IMG/VR virus record: IMGVR_UViG_3300020438_000007 | Location: 62,001 to 126,000 of that record | DNA length: 64,000 nt | Direction: 5' to 3' (one strand) | Shown here: in pieces, positions 1-8,413 of the stretch | Position numbering within the stretch: position 1 is the stretch's first letter | Layout: each line of letters begins with the position of its first letter | The notes under the pieces: generated by a model | What the model was told of the DNA's origin: nothing | Databases searched by the model: none | The model's input: only the letters and a program-made list of their open reading frames with translations | Program-made: the position numbers and the translations under genes

Positions 1-96
1 CCATTTTCTACTCTCTGCTTTTTCTCACAGTTTTCATATGTTTCTATGATAGATTTGCATAATGATTCATCAAAAACCTCATAGGTCTTGATGAAT

Positions 97-1098
97 TTAT
101 CCATAGCTAAAGGTATCCCCTGCAACCTTCTCCAACTTTGCCATAACTTCGTCAGTAAAATATTCTTCGGGGGAAGCCAGAATTTGTTTGGCATAGATCT
201 TCTTACCATTCATCTCATAACGACCAGCAACATTCTTCCACAGACCACCAAGTTCTCCTAGTTCTAGAAGACCATAGTATCTGTCAAGACCTCTCTCATC
301 ATAGTAAAGTCTGATAGCGACTTCCTTATTTTCTTTACTCAGACGCGACTTGTGCGTCTTAGCTTTAATAAGATTTCCAACGACTTCCGTTCCTTCCTTT
401 TCTTTAGCCTTTCTAAGATAAATGATTGTGCTCGCTGCATACTTGAGACCGCTGCCTCCGCCCATCTCTTTGGTGGGAACGTATGATCCGATGACATCAT
501 AGGTATGATTAGTAACTATTAGTGGAATCTTTGCCTGACCAAGTTTAAGAGTTAACATTCTAAATGCACCCTTGACAAGTTGAGATTTGGTCATGTCTCT
601 GACTTGTTTATCATCTAGTGCGTCACGAATCTCTTTCTCTGTGGATAACATACCAAGAGAATCCAATACAAACATACAAGGTTTGCGATTGTCCTCATCT
701 GTCTTAAGGTATATATCTACGGCTTTAAGTGCCTTCTGTCTAAACTCTTCGATTGTTACCACATTGACAACAACGAGCCTTTCGAGATCAACTCCTCTAG
801 ACTCAAGGAGTCCCCTATTGACAGCAGCTTCAGTATCAAAATAGAGACAATACCCATCAGGGTTAGTGTCAAGGAAATTTTTAACGACAGCGAGGCTGAA
901 GAAAGTTTTTCCAGTGCTAGACTCCCCAGCAATAGCAGTAATCTTATTCCGAGATACACCACCAAATATACTACCTGATACGAGTCCGTTAAAAATGTAC
1001 GAACCTGTGTCAATAAATTCTTCAGTCGATTCTGCCTCGGAGGCAAGGTGGGTGTACTCATCTCCTATCTCTTTGACTATTTCTTTTAAAAAATCCAT
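97..1098 (-). CDS. uvsX: RecA-like recombinase UvsX
   Basis: Walker A GESSTGKT, YFDTEAA, VLDSLG, MGGGSGLKYAAS; T4-like replication module. Confidence 0.96.
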   Translation of the reverse strand: MDFLKEIVKEIGDEYTHLASEAESTEEFIDTGSYIFNGLVSGSIFGGVSRNKITAIAGESSTGKTFFSLAVVKNFLDTNPDGYCLYFDTEAAVNRGLLESRGVDLERLVVVNVVTIEEFRQKALKAVDIYLKTDEDNRKPCMFVLDSLGMLSTEKEIRDALDDKQVRDMTKSQLVKGAFRMLTLKLGQAKIPLIVTNHTYDVIGSYVPTKEMGGGSGLKYAASTIIYLRKAKEKEGTEVVGNLIKAKTHKSRLSKENKEVAIRLYYDERGLDRYYGLLELGELGGLWKNVAGRYEMNGKKIYAKQILASPEEYFTDEVMAKLEKVAGDTFSYG

Positions 1099-1113
1099 AA
1101 TGATTCACTTCTA

Positions 1114-1773
1114 TTATAATTCTACCACAGACCACAATAAATTACCAGCAATTGATATTCTTGGTTCATTTGTGTTATAAAATGGATACACTTGATGATG
1201 TAATGTCGATGGAAATAACATCAGGGTGCCTTCCATTTCTGGACTCATGAAGATAGGATACTCAATGGTATTCCCTAGAATATCATTGTAGGTAAACTGA
1301 AAATCAGATGCAGCTTTAGAATGGAATGGTAGGTTGTGTTGATCCTCATGGTGTGTGGGGATCTTCATCCAGATCACAAATGATGTAATCCCTGAGTGGG
1401 CGTGTTCTGGATTGAACTCAGTTTGATATTGGTAGTTTACCCACCAATTCATTCTAAGTTCTGTTGTATATTTTAGATCTAAACTTGGGTCAAGATCTAT
1501 AGGAGGAAAGTAATGCTTTGGGTCTTCATCTATCAACTGTTGTGTTAGAGGACCTACAACTTCATCTTTGAATTTGTTAGCGTCGTCTTTCAATCCTAGA
1601 CTGCCAGTTATATTTCCAGCAAGTCTGTAACTGTAATCGTTACTATTATTGACATTATCTTTCTCCGCCTGTTTAACCACAGACCAAAGATAAGTCATCC
1701 ACTTATCATTAAGTTTAGTCTTATACAATGGCATATTGGGTAATTTAAACCCTTCCCATGCTATGTCACTCAT
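1114..1773 (-). CDS. Putative 2OG-Fe(II) oxygenase (TIGR02466-like)
   Basis: NPEHAHSG..SFVIWM, EGTLMLFPSTLHHQVYP, RISIAGN: H-x-H...H...R-x-S jelly-roll pattern. Confidence 0.75.
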   Translation of the reverse strand: MSDIAWEGFKLPNMPLYKTKLNDKWMTYLWSVVKQAEKDNVNNSNDYSYRLAGNITGSLGLKDDANKFKDEVVGPLTQQLIDEDPKHYFPPIDLDPSLDLKYTTELRMNWWVNYQYQTEFNPEHAHSGITSFVIWMKIPTHHEDQHNLPFHSKAASDFQFTYNDILGNTIEYPIFMSPEMEGTLMLFPSTLHHQVYPFYNTNEPRISIAGNLLWSVVEL

Positions 1774-1912
1774 CTCTCTTTGGATAATAAACTTCTACAT
1801 AAGATTCACACTTAGGACATGAAAGATTAGTTACGAAACTATACTCCTCAGCAAAGGGACAATCAGTATCCCCTCCCCATATGAGTTCAGTGTTGCAGTG
1901 CCAACAATTCAT
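1766..1912 (-). CDS. 48-aa Zn-ribbon-like micro-protein (not in ORF track)
   Basis: Hand translation MNCWHCNTELIWGGDTDCPFAEEYSFVTNLSCPKCESYVEVYYPKRDE; CxxC...CxxC; stop/start overlaps with both neighbours. Confidence 0.75.
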   Translation of the reverse strand: MNCWHCNTELIWGGDTDCPFAEEYSFVTNLSCPKCESYVEVYYPKRDE

Positions 1913-1992
1913 TTCTTAAAAACTCCAAGTTTTGCTAGTAGATATACTGACAATATTGTCCAGAATACAACTTCTAATCCTATATTATTCAT
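1909..1992 (-). CDS. 27-aa single-TM micro-protein (not in ORF track)
   Basis: Hand translation MNNIGLEVVFWTILSVYLLAKLGVFKK; ATGA overlaps at both ends. Confidence 0.65.
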   Translation of the reverse strand: MNNIGLEVVFWTILSVYLLAKLGVFKK

Positions 1993-2456
1993 AGACCTAC
2001 TATTTTTCTTTGTCTTTCAAAGTAGTTGTGGAGCAACCATGAACTACTATTTTTCTTATCGGTTCCGCCTACACCAAACTCCATCTCTACTCTGGGATCA
2101 TCACCAAACTGATCCATCTCTGGTGTATTACCTTTACCACGATCACCTCCATTGGCAAAGACAACAGTTTGTGCGATCTCTAAACATCTTTCGATGGCAT
2201 GACACGCAGAACCGTGTTCATCATCCTCTACGGTAATCACGGCATCAACAACATCCAAGTGACGAATGATCTCTGCACGTTCTTTCCATGACATGAAGTA
2301 TTGTCCTTTCTTCTTAGTCAACCATTCTTCCGTGTTTAACCCCACTACTAGGTAATTTGTAAGATCTTTTGCTTGCTCGAAGTAAGCAATGTGGCCACTA
2401 TGAAGAGGATCAAAACCGCCTGTGACTAGAGTAAGTATTCTTTTCTTAGTCATCAA
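1989..2456 (-). CDS. Cytidylyltransferase-like nucleotidyltransferase (HxGH family)
   Basis: VTGGFDPLHSGH, LVVGLN, ERAEII, FANGGDR motifs. Confidence 0.88.
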   Translation of the reverse strand: MMTKKRILTLVTGGFDPLHSGHIAYFEQAKDLTNYLVVGLNTEEWLTKKKGQYFMSWKERAEIIRHLDVVDAVITVEDDEHGSACHAIERCLEIAQTVVFANGGDRGKGNTPEMDQFGDDPRVEMEFGVGGTDKKNSSSWLLHNYFERQRKIVGL

Positions 2457-2610
2457 ACTCTCCTTTTCTAGCTAAATATACTTTAACATTATTATAATGC
2501 TTTTCTATACTTTGTGCAAACCAATTTGCTGGATCTCTTGATTCAAAAACTTTCATCTGTGATTCAGAAAATATGCCGTTGTCTGTCCAACATACAATGT
2601 AACGTGTCAT
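2446..2610 (-). CDS. 54-aa hypothetical protein (not in ORF track)
   Basis: Hand translation MTRYIVCWTDNGIFSESQMKVFESRDPANWFAQSIEKHYNNVKVYLARKGEFDD; ATGA overlap with gp43 stop; fills the gap exactly. Confidence 0.7.
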   Translation of the reverse strand: MTRYIVCWTDNGIFSESQMKVFESRDPANWFAQSIEKHYNNVKVYLARKGEFDD

Positions 2611-5111
2611 GCGAAGAAGGATTCAAGTGTATTCTTACGTTCGGTCTCCCAACCGATACAATCTAGAATAACCTTTACAGGTTCTAGGAATGATTTGCTA
2701 AATTGCAATTCATAGTCTACATGTTTATCTAGGTCGAGTTCAGTTGGGAAATCTTGAATGAAAGATATAACATTTTCGTGCATCCAATTAGGTGTCTTCA
2801 AGTAACAGAACTTGATCTTCTCACCATTATTAATCGCGGCATACTTATTGTCTATCCCCTTCTTCTTTGTATAGTGATTGTATAGGATGGCACCACGAAC
2901 ATGAATAGGACAACCCTTGTTATACATGTCAGAAGATGACTTCCACTTCTCCACGTTGGATACACTACGAGGGAATGCCACTTCTTCTGGTGGTAATGAT
3001 TTGAATTTAGTTCGACACTCCTCAATATAATCAATCACTTCATCCTCTGTTCCATTCATCAGTAAAGTAAAAGCATCTTTCAAGAACTTACGACATGGTG
3101 CAGGCGTAGAAGTTTTGATTGCTTCAATACCCATGATCTTAAGTTTAGCATCTTCATATCTAACTCCCTCACTATCCCATACGTTTAGAATATATCTTTT
3201 CTTTGCAGTCCATATACCAGTTGAAGCGATGTTCTCTCGCTTCATGATCATCTTTTGGTCGTAGGCGTTAACGTAGTCTGCCAGTTCTTGGTAAGAACTT
3301 TCAATATAAGGTTCAAGTTCCATCTCACAGACTTTATTAAGGAACGTGACAATGCCTTCAGTAGTTTTCTCTCTCCCCTCGTATACACGGTCAACCAAAG
3401 GACCCATATGCAAGTAAATAGAATCGGTATCACTAGCAATAACATAATCAATATCTTTTGTTTTTAAAATGGTATTCATCTTCTGGTTTATTTTATTCTC
3501 AATCCATCGGATTGATACTTGTCCAGATAGGGTAATGGCTTCTGCGTTCGCAAGTTTATAATAGCGAAAGTATTGATTACCAATAGCACCATAAGCACTG
3601 TTAAGGGCAATCTTCTTGGACATTTGGACGTTGTTGCATCTTGCAATCTCCTTTTCAAGTTCTTTAGTAGGGGTTTTTTCATAGGCTTGTTTTGCTTTGA
3701 TCATCCTCTTCTTGAAGATGACACGTTCATTATACATCTTCTCCATCAACTCAGGTAGGAAACCTTTCTTGTCCTTACTAAACATTGCACCGTTGGCACA
3801 AACTGCATATTCCTTATACATCTCAAAAGTAATCTCTTGATTGAGAAGTTTATCCACTGTGGCACTAGGATGTCTCTTTTCCTGTAATGTTTCTGGGGAG
3901 ATATTGTATTGCATAATCAAATGCGGATACAGTGAGTTCAAGTCAAAAGATACCACCCATTCATATCTACCAGGCTTAGGTTCTTTGACATACGCACCAG
4001 CATATTTCTCATCTTTCTTGTTACGATCCTTCTGTGGGATCACAATGTTTTTCTTTTTGAGATAGTTGTAGATGATCGCATCCCATGTACGAACTTGAAA
4101 CGCAACATCAGTAAAGTTGATCTTTGCATCATATGCTCGAGTACAACATAGGTCAATCAACTTGAGTTTATCCTCAAGACGGTCAACCAGTTCCACGTCA
4201 ACGATGTTGTAATCTACAAACTTCTGCCAGTTCTTTGTATAGAACTCACGGAATGTATCAAACTCACTGTGATCCAACTTCTTTTGACCGAGTTCCACCA
4301 TGGCAATATGATCCAATTTGAAACTCTCTTGGTTTGAAGTTGCAGGAGATTTCTTGTATAGATCCAAGTAATCAATTACAGATACGCCTGCAATATCAAA
4401 GACGATATTTGCACGACCCATTATTGTGATTTCATTCTTTCTTACAATGCCCCAAGGAGAGAACTTCTTGGCCACCTTCTCACCCATGAGACGTTCTACC
4501 CTACCCACAAGGTAAGGGATATCATACAGTTCACAGTTCCACCCTGTAATGACCTCAGGCGTGTGTTTCTGCCACCAGTCTAGGAATGTATAGATCAGAC
4601 CTTCCTCGTTGTGGCAGTCAATGTAAGAGTAGTTCTTTCTGTTTGGATTGGTCTGGTATGGACGTGATCCAAAGGTAGTAATTCTTTTAGTATTGTAATC
4701 CTGTATTGTGATCAGTAGAAGTTCTTCTGCAACATTAAAGACATCAGGGAAACCACTCTCCGCAGCAACCTCGATGTCAATAGTAACTAGATTAATTTTG
4801 CTTAGATCAAACTTGATATCATCCTCTGGATAATTATCAGAGATATATTGATGTACATATCTCTCATTACCAAAAATATTAAAGTTTTGTACTTGCGAAT
4901 ACTTGTCGATAAACTGCCTACAATCCTTGATTGTGCCAGGTTTGATCGGCTCTACAGATTGACCGTCAAGAGTCTTCCACTTACTTCTTTTCTTTGTAGG
5001 TACATAAAAGGTAGGATGAAACTCCTCCCTGTCACTAAAATGTTTTCCATTTTCATATCCCCTGACCAACATACTGTTGCCGATCTGGAAAACATTAGTG
5101 TAGAATTTCAT
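2607..5111 (-). CDS. gp43: Family B DNA polymerase gp43
   Basis: DIEV exonuclease motif, SFDLNSLYP, KIALNSAYG, SDTDS; 834 aa with no visible intein. Confidence 0.98.
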   Translation of the reverse strand: MKFYTNVFQIGNSMLVRGYENGKHFSDREEFHPTFYVPTKKRSKWKTLDGQSVEPIKPGTIKDCRQFIDKYSQVQNFNIFGNERYVHQYISDNYPEDDIKFDLSKINLVTIDIEVAAESGFPDVFNVAEELLLITIQDYNTKRITTFGSRPYQTNPNRKNYSYIDCHNEEGLIYTFLDWWQKHTPEVITGWNCELYDIPYLVGRVERLMGEKVAKKFSPWGIVRKNEITIMGRANIVFDIAGVSVIDYLDLYKKSPATSNQESFKLDHIAMVELGQKKLDHSEFDTFREFYTKNWQKFVDYNIVDVELVDRLEDKLKLIDLCCTRAYDAKINFTDVAFQVRTWDAIIYNYLKKKNIVIPQKDRNKKDEKYAGAYVKEPKPGRYEWVVSFDLNSLYPHLIMQYNISPETLQEKRHPSATVDKLLNQEITFEMYKEYAVCANGAMFSKDKKGFLPELMEKMYNERVIFKKRMIKAKQAYEKTPTKELEKEIARCNNVQMSKKIALNSAYGAIGNQYFRYYKLANAEAITLSGQVSIRWIENKINQKMNTILKTKDIDYVIASDTDSIYLHMGPLVDRVYEGREKTTEGIVTFLNKVCEMELEPYIESSYQELADYVNAYDQKMIMKRENIASTGIWTAKKRYILNVWDSEGVRYEDAKLKIMGIEAIKTSTPAPCRKFLKDAFTLLMNGTEDEVIDYIEECRTKFKSLPPEEVAFPRSVSNVEKWKSSSDMYNKGCPIHVRGAILYNHYTKKKGIDNKYAAINNGEKIKFCYLKTPNWMHENVISFIQDFPTELDLDKHVDYELQFSKSFLEPVKVILDCIGWETERKNTLESFFA

Positions 5112-5368
5112 GCAGTTGCCAGTTTCAAATAAGAATCAATGAGTTCTCGGTGGGGTTCCACCAATGTTACTATTTTATCAGAACATATCATAATTTCAAC
5201 GTCGTCTGTTACCTTCTTTAACCAAGGCGACATATCATCACCCTCAAGTTCATAAGGTGATACAAGTTTGCAGTTTGGATCTCCAATATCAACAGCACCG
5301 ACTTCCTCTATCTTTGAGATAATAACGGCGCCATTAACTAGGATTAGTATCTTTACTTCCTGTTCCAT
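5108..5368 (-). CDS. Conserved hypothetical protein (possible Sm-like fold)
   Basis: KILILVNGAVIISKIEEV start; coupled to gp43 by ATGA overlap. Confidence 0.6.
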   Translation of the reverse strand: MEQEVKILILVNGAVIISKIEEVGAVDIGDPNCKLVSPYELEGDDMSPWLKKVTDDVEIMICSDKIVTLVEPHRELIDSYLKLATA

Positions 5369-5669
5369 AAATTTTAGTCTCGTAAGATTGTTTTACCATA
5401 GGTTTTGGTTCTACTATCGCAACGACCCAGCTGGGATCAATAGATATCTTTTTCTCATCAGATAAAGGCATCCAAGGATAGTATTGTACACTGTACTGTG
5501 TTTCTTCTTCCTCTTTTCCTTCTGTAAGTAACACAGGTGATTCAACCAACTTACAACAGTAAGCGTTTTCAAGAACGATGAAGATAGGTTTTTGATCCTC
5601 ATCTACAAGTTCTTTCACATCTGCGATGACTTCTTCGTTAGATTTTAGTAGAACTAGTTTGACGGTCAT
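5334..5669 (-). CDS. Conserved hypothetical protein (possible Sm-like fold)
   Basis: KLVLLKSNEEVIADVKEL...YPWMP...VVAIVEP. Confidence 0.65.
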   Translation of the reverse strand: MTVKLVLLKSNEEVIADVKELVDEDQKPIFIVLENAYCCKLVESPVLLTEGKEEEETQYSVQYYPWMPLSDEKKISIDPSWVVAIVEPKPMVKQSYETKIYGTGSKDTNPS

Positions 5670-5691
5670 TGCACCAGTATATAGTTTGTAA

Positions 5692-5762
5692 AGCGGATGG
5701 GTGGTATTGCACCACCGTTTACAAGTTGGAAACCTGTCGTAATACTTTTATACGACACCCGC
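5692..5762 (-). tRNA. tRNA-Gly(UCC) with non-canonical D- and T-loops
   Basis: Folds as GCGGGTG/CATCCGC acceptor stem, GTA/TAC D-stem, ACAGG-TTTCCAA-CTTGT anticodon arm, GGTGG-TGCAATA-CCACC T-arm; U73 discriminator; no encoded CCA. Confidence 0.85.
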
Positions 5763-5764
5763 AT

Positions 5765-6000
5765 GAAAGACCATCTGCCCGACTCTCTTGAGTTGCATCT
5801 TAGGTCTTGAAAGAAAGAGGGGAGGTTGGGTTCCTGTGTACCAACAAAGAATGGGCATTACTACAGAGTAAATACATTCTTGCCTGAGACCCGACTGGTA
5901 AGTCGATTCTGCTTTCGCAGCAGCACCACCTGTGTCTCATCACCTTAACCAGCAGTATGCCAGTAAGTTTATTCAGTCACTCCCAATGTTGCGTCCAACA
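5765..6000 (-). ncRNA. Structured cyanophage ncRNA, manA/CfrI-like
   Basis: ORF-free; GGGAG(5984-5980)/CTCCC(5824-5820) closing stem; hairpins TGTTG-GACG-CAACA and GCTGC-GAAA-GCAG; own sigma70 promoter. Family name is from memory, not a search. Confidence 0.6.
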
Positions 6001-6005
6001 AACTT

Positions 6006-6034
6006 ATTATAGTACGGTCTGTGTGGAGTGTCAA
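6006..6034 (-). promoter_or_regulatory. Consensus sigma70 (early) promoter for ncRNA + tRNA
   Basis: TTGACA-17 nt-TATAAT on the minus strand. Confidence 0.85.
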
Positions 6035-6729
6035 CCCCCTTTGATAAATCCATTTTTCTCTAACCATTCCCCAGTCATAGGGGTGGGTGTGTAGACTTCC
6101 CACATGTTACCATTAGCACATGCTTTCAATGCGTTCATAGTCATGTTCTCAGTCTTCCCTGCCCAAAATGCTTCTTTCTCCCAAGGAATTGCACTGGGAG
6201 TTGCAGCATAAGTTTTAGTGGCAATGTTTTGCCAGATCTGAGGTACTTTTTCCTCATCCAGAATGATAGCAATCATACTATTATTGATAGTGCCTGCCAT
6301 ACAATCTTGTGCAGCGTGCCATCCTTCATGTCGCATGACACTCATGAGTGTACTAGGACGACCCATGAATGCTTTGTTCAAGAAGAAAGCATTACTAACT
6401 GTGTGATACACTCCACGATTTCCTACAGGAAAATATTTTTCATCTGCCAGATAAACCCTTACTCCCACTTGGTTAAGTGCCACCAACATCTCATTGAACT
6501 CGTCAGCAACAGTATTGAAACTAGCAGTATTGTTGTAGTTATTAGAAACATCAAGGAGAGAGAATACTTCTTCCACATCTTCAGTACATTCCCGAAGAAT
6601 CATACATCCCATTGCATCAGCACTGTGCCATCCTTTAGTAATCTTACCTTCGATGGGTTTAGGCAATGGATTTGCTAGTACAGGTACGCTCAATGCAAGA
6701 CCAATACATGTAGCAATGAACTTTTTCAC
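6031..6729 (-). CDS. Putative exported zincin-like metallopeptidase
   Basis: Signal-peptide-like MKKFIATCIGLALSVPVLA; HEGWH (HExxH); GTG start. Confidence 0.6.
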   Translation of the reverse strand: MKKFIATCIGLALSVPVLANPLPKPIEGKITKGWHSADAMGCMILRECTEDVEEVFSLLDVSNNYNNTASFNTVADEFNEMLVALNQVGVRVYLADEKYFPVGNRGVYHTVSNAFFLNKAFMGRPSTLMSVMRHEGWHAAQDCMAGTINNSMIAIILDEEKVPQIWQNIATKTYAATPSAIPWEKEAFWAGKTENMTMNALKACANGNMWEVYTPTPMTGEWLEKNGFIKGG

Positions 6730-6784
6730 GGATTACTCCCAAAATATGCCTACATTATACCACAAAAAAAGACCCCTGCATTGA

Positions 6785-7357
6785 TTAAGTGACACCAAGA
6801 TATAAAATATTACCAGCAATCATACATCTACCACCAACTTCCGAGTCTGGAACCTCATGTGATTGGTGTCCAGCAAAAAGTATTAGTCTACCTTCTATAA
6901 CTTGAATATCAATTCCTTCTACTCTTAATGGTGAACTGCCTTCTGGTGCATTAAGATAATATCCAAATGATAAAGAGTATGGCCAGTGATTGTGCATCAC
7001 TGCTCCTCCACCTTTAGGGTAACTCATTCCCCAATAATCAGCAATCTTAAATTTTTTAGAAGACTCAGGACTTTCGTTATATGCTGAGTTAGTCCATCTA
7101 GACATCTCATGAACCGATTCTACTAATATACTTTCTATCCAATCAAATAATATATGATGTTCTGGCAGATCTCTTTCGTTACCTGTGTAGAATTTTGTTT
7201 TTAATGCTTCACCATTTACACTGGTGTTTGCCCTATCAGTTATCCACTTGATCAATGGATCTCCTATCTGTTCTGAATACGGACATTCGCATATTACAGG
7301 TTCAAATGGAGAAGTCAATCCAGGCAGTTTGTTGTATTTTAGTTTACTTATATCCAC
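6785..7357 (-). CDS. Putative 2OG-Fe(II) oxygenase (TIGR02466-like); start uncertain
   Basis: HNHWPYSLSFGYYL, EGRLILFAGHQSHEVP, RCMIAGN. The track's N-terminus (7390) reads through a terminator, so GTG at 7357 or a later start is more likely. Confidence 0.7.
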   Translation of the reverse strand: MDISKLKYNKLPGLTSPFEPVICECPYSEQIGDPLIKWITDRANTSVNGEALKTKFYTGNERDLPEHHILFDWIESILVESVHEMSRWTNSAYNESPESSKKFKIADYWGMSYPKGGGAVMHNHWPYSLSFGYYLNAPEGSSPLRVEGIDIQVIEGRLILFAGHQSHEVPDSEVGGRCMIAGNILYLGVT

Positions 7358-7383
7358 AAAAAAAAACCCTCCGTTAGGAGGGT
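7358..7383 (-). terminator. Rho-independent terminator after hsp20
   Basis: ACCCTCC-TAAC-GGAGGGT followed by a T-tract. Confidence 0.8.
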
Positions 7384-7403
7384 GATCCATCTCGAACTAC
7401 TAT

Positions 7404-7411
7404 TATTTATA
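7404..7411 (-). promoter_or_regulatory. T4-type late promoter TATAAATA
   Basis: Exact consensus overlapping the hsp20 stop codon. Confidence 0.5.
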
Positions 7412-7838
7412 GGTAGTTAATTCGAGCATGATGTTCTGGTACTATTTTACCTAGTTTAATTGTGAGAAGTCCATCTGCAAAATCTACATCCTTAACTGTA
7501 ATGTCTTCTGACAATGCCCAGGCTCTCTGGAAAGATCTCTGAGCCAAACCTCTGTGTAGGTACTCAGATTCTTCTTCTGTTTTCTCTTTCTTGCCCTCTA
7601 CAACAATCCTTCCATACTCTGTGTAGACATTAACTTCCTCTTTACTGAATCCAGCAAGTGCAATCTCTAGTCTAGAATCTACATTGTTTATCTGTACAAG
7701 ATTATATGGTGGGTAATTAGTAGTGGAATCAAAATTAAAGAACTGGTTGAAGTAGTCGTCCATACCGACGCTGTTCTTCATGATCTTGTCAACTAGTGTT
7801 CCCAGATCCTCAGTATGATATCTTTGAATGTTCGTCAT
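7407..7838 (-). CDS. hsp20: Small heat shock protein Hsp20
   Basis: NYPPYNL, LEIALAGF, HRGLAQRSFQR, DGLLTI alpha-crystallin motifs; AAGGAG RBS. Confidence 0.95.
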   Translation of the reverse strand: MTNIQRYHTEDLGTLVDKIMKNSVGMDDYFNQFFNFDSTTNYPPYNLVQINNVDSRLEIALAGFSKEEVNVYTEYGRIVVEGKKEKTEEESEYLHRGLAQRSFQRAWALSEDITVKDVDFADGLLTIKLGKIVPEHHARINYL

Positions 7839-7905
7839 GTTTCTCCTTTTAAAGCGAGTTTAGTTTTGTCCCTTACGGCGACATTACTAATTATACGATG
7901 AGCAT

Positions 7906-7931
7906 AAAAAAAGAGGGTTGTATAAACCCTC
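7906..7931 (-). terminator. Rho-independent terminator after regA
   Basis: GAGGGTT-TATAC-AACCCTC + T7. Confidence 0.8.
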
Positions 7932-7951
7932 AAAGATCATAGTGGTAACCG

Positions 7952-8413
7952 TCAGTCTGCCTTGACGAACGTGCTTTGTGAGGATTGTACTACCTTTTTC
8001 TTCTTACCAATATTATACTTAGTTTCTAAAGTCCAGTCTCCTTTATCCTTATAAGAAAGAACTTTGATTTGATTCAAAGGAGCAACATCTACAATTTGTT
8101 CTGGTCTGAGAATAGTAATCAATCCCCAATCTGATAGCAGAGTGATGATTCTATTCCTACGTTGAACATCATTGATAGAAAGATTAGCGGACTTTCCATC
8201 CAATGCAAACAATTCTTTGAAATGAACGATATAGTATCTACCTTGTTTGTGCAGAATATGGCACGATTGATAAATCTTTTTTTCTTTGCGTGAAGCAACA
8301 CCGATTCTCGTCAGAGTTTCTCTTACCTTTAGGAAATCATCTGGTTCGTTAAGTGTGACTTCGATCATTTGATCTTGTGACCAAGCAATCTCAGGTTCTG
8401 TAAACCCACTCAT
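7952..8413 (-). CDS. regA: Translational repressor RegA
   Basis: DDFLKVRETLTRIGVAS, QSCHILHKQGRYYIVHFKELF. Confidence 0.95.
   Translation of the reverse strand: MSGFTEPEIAWSQDQMIEVTLNEPDDFLKVRETLTRIGVASRKEKKIYQSCHILHKQGRYYIVHFKELFALDGKSANLSINDVQRRNRIITLLSDWGLITILRPEQIVDVAPLNQIKVLSYKDKGDWTLETKYNIGKKKKVVQSSQSTFVKAD

Noticed and set aside
7358-7390. N-terminal MDHPPNGGFFF of ORF 6785..7390
   Set aside because: It is the translation of a terminator hairpin and T-tract; probably not part of the protein
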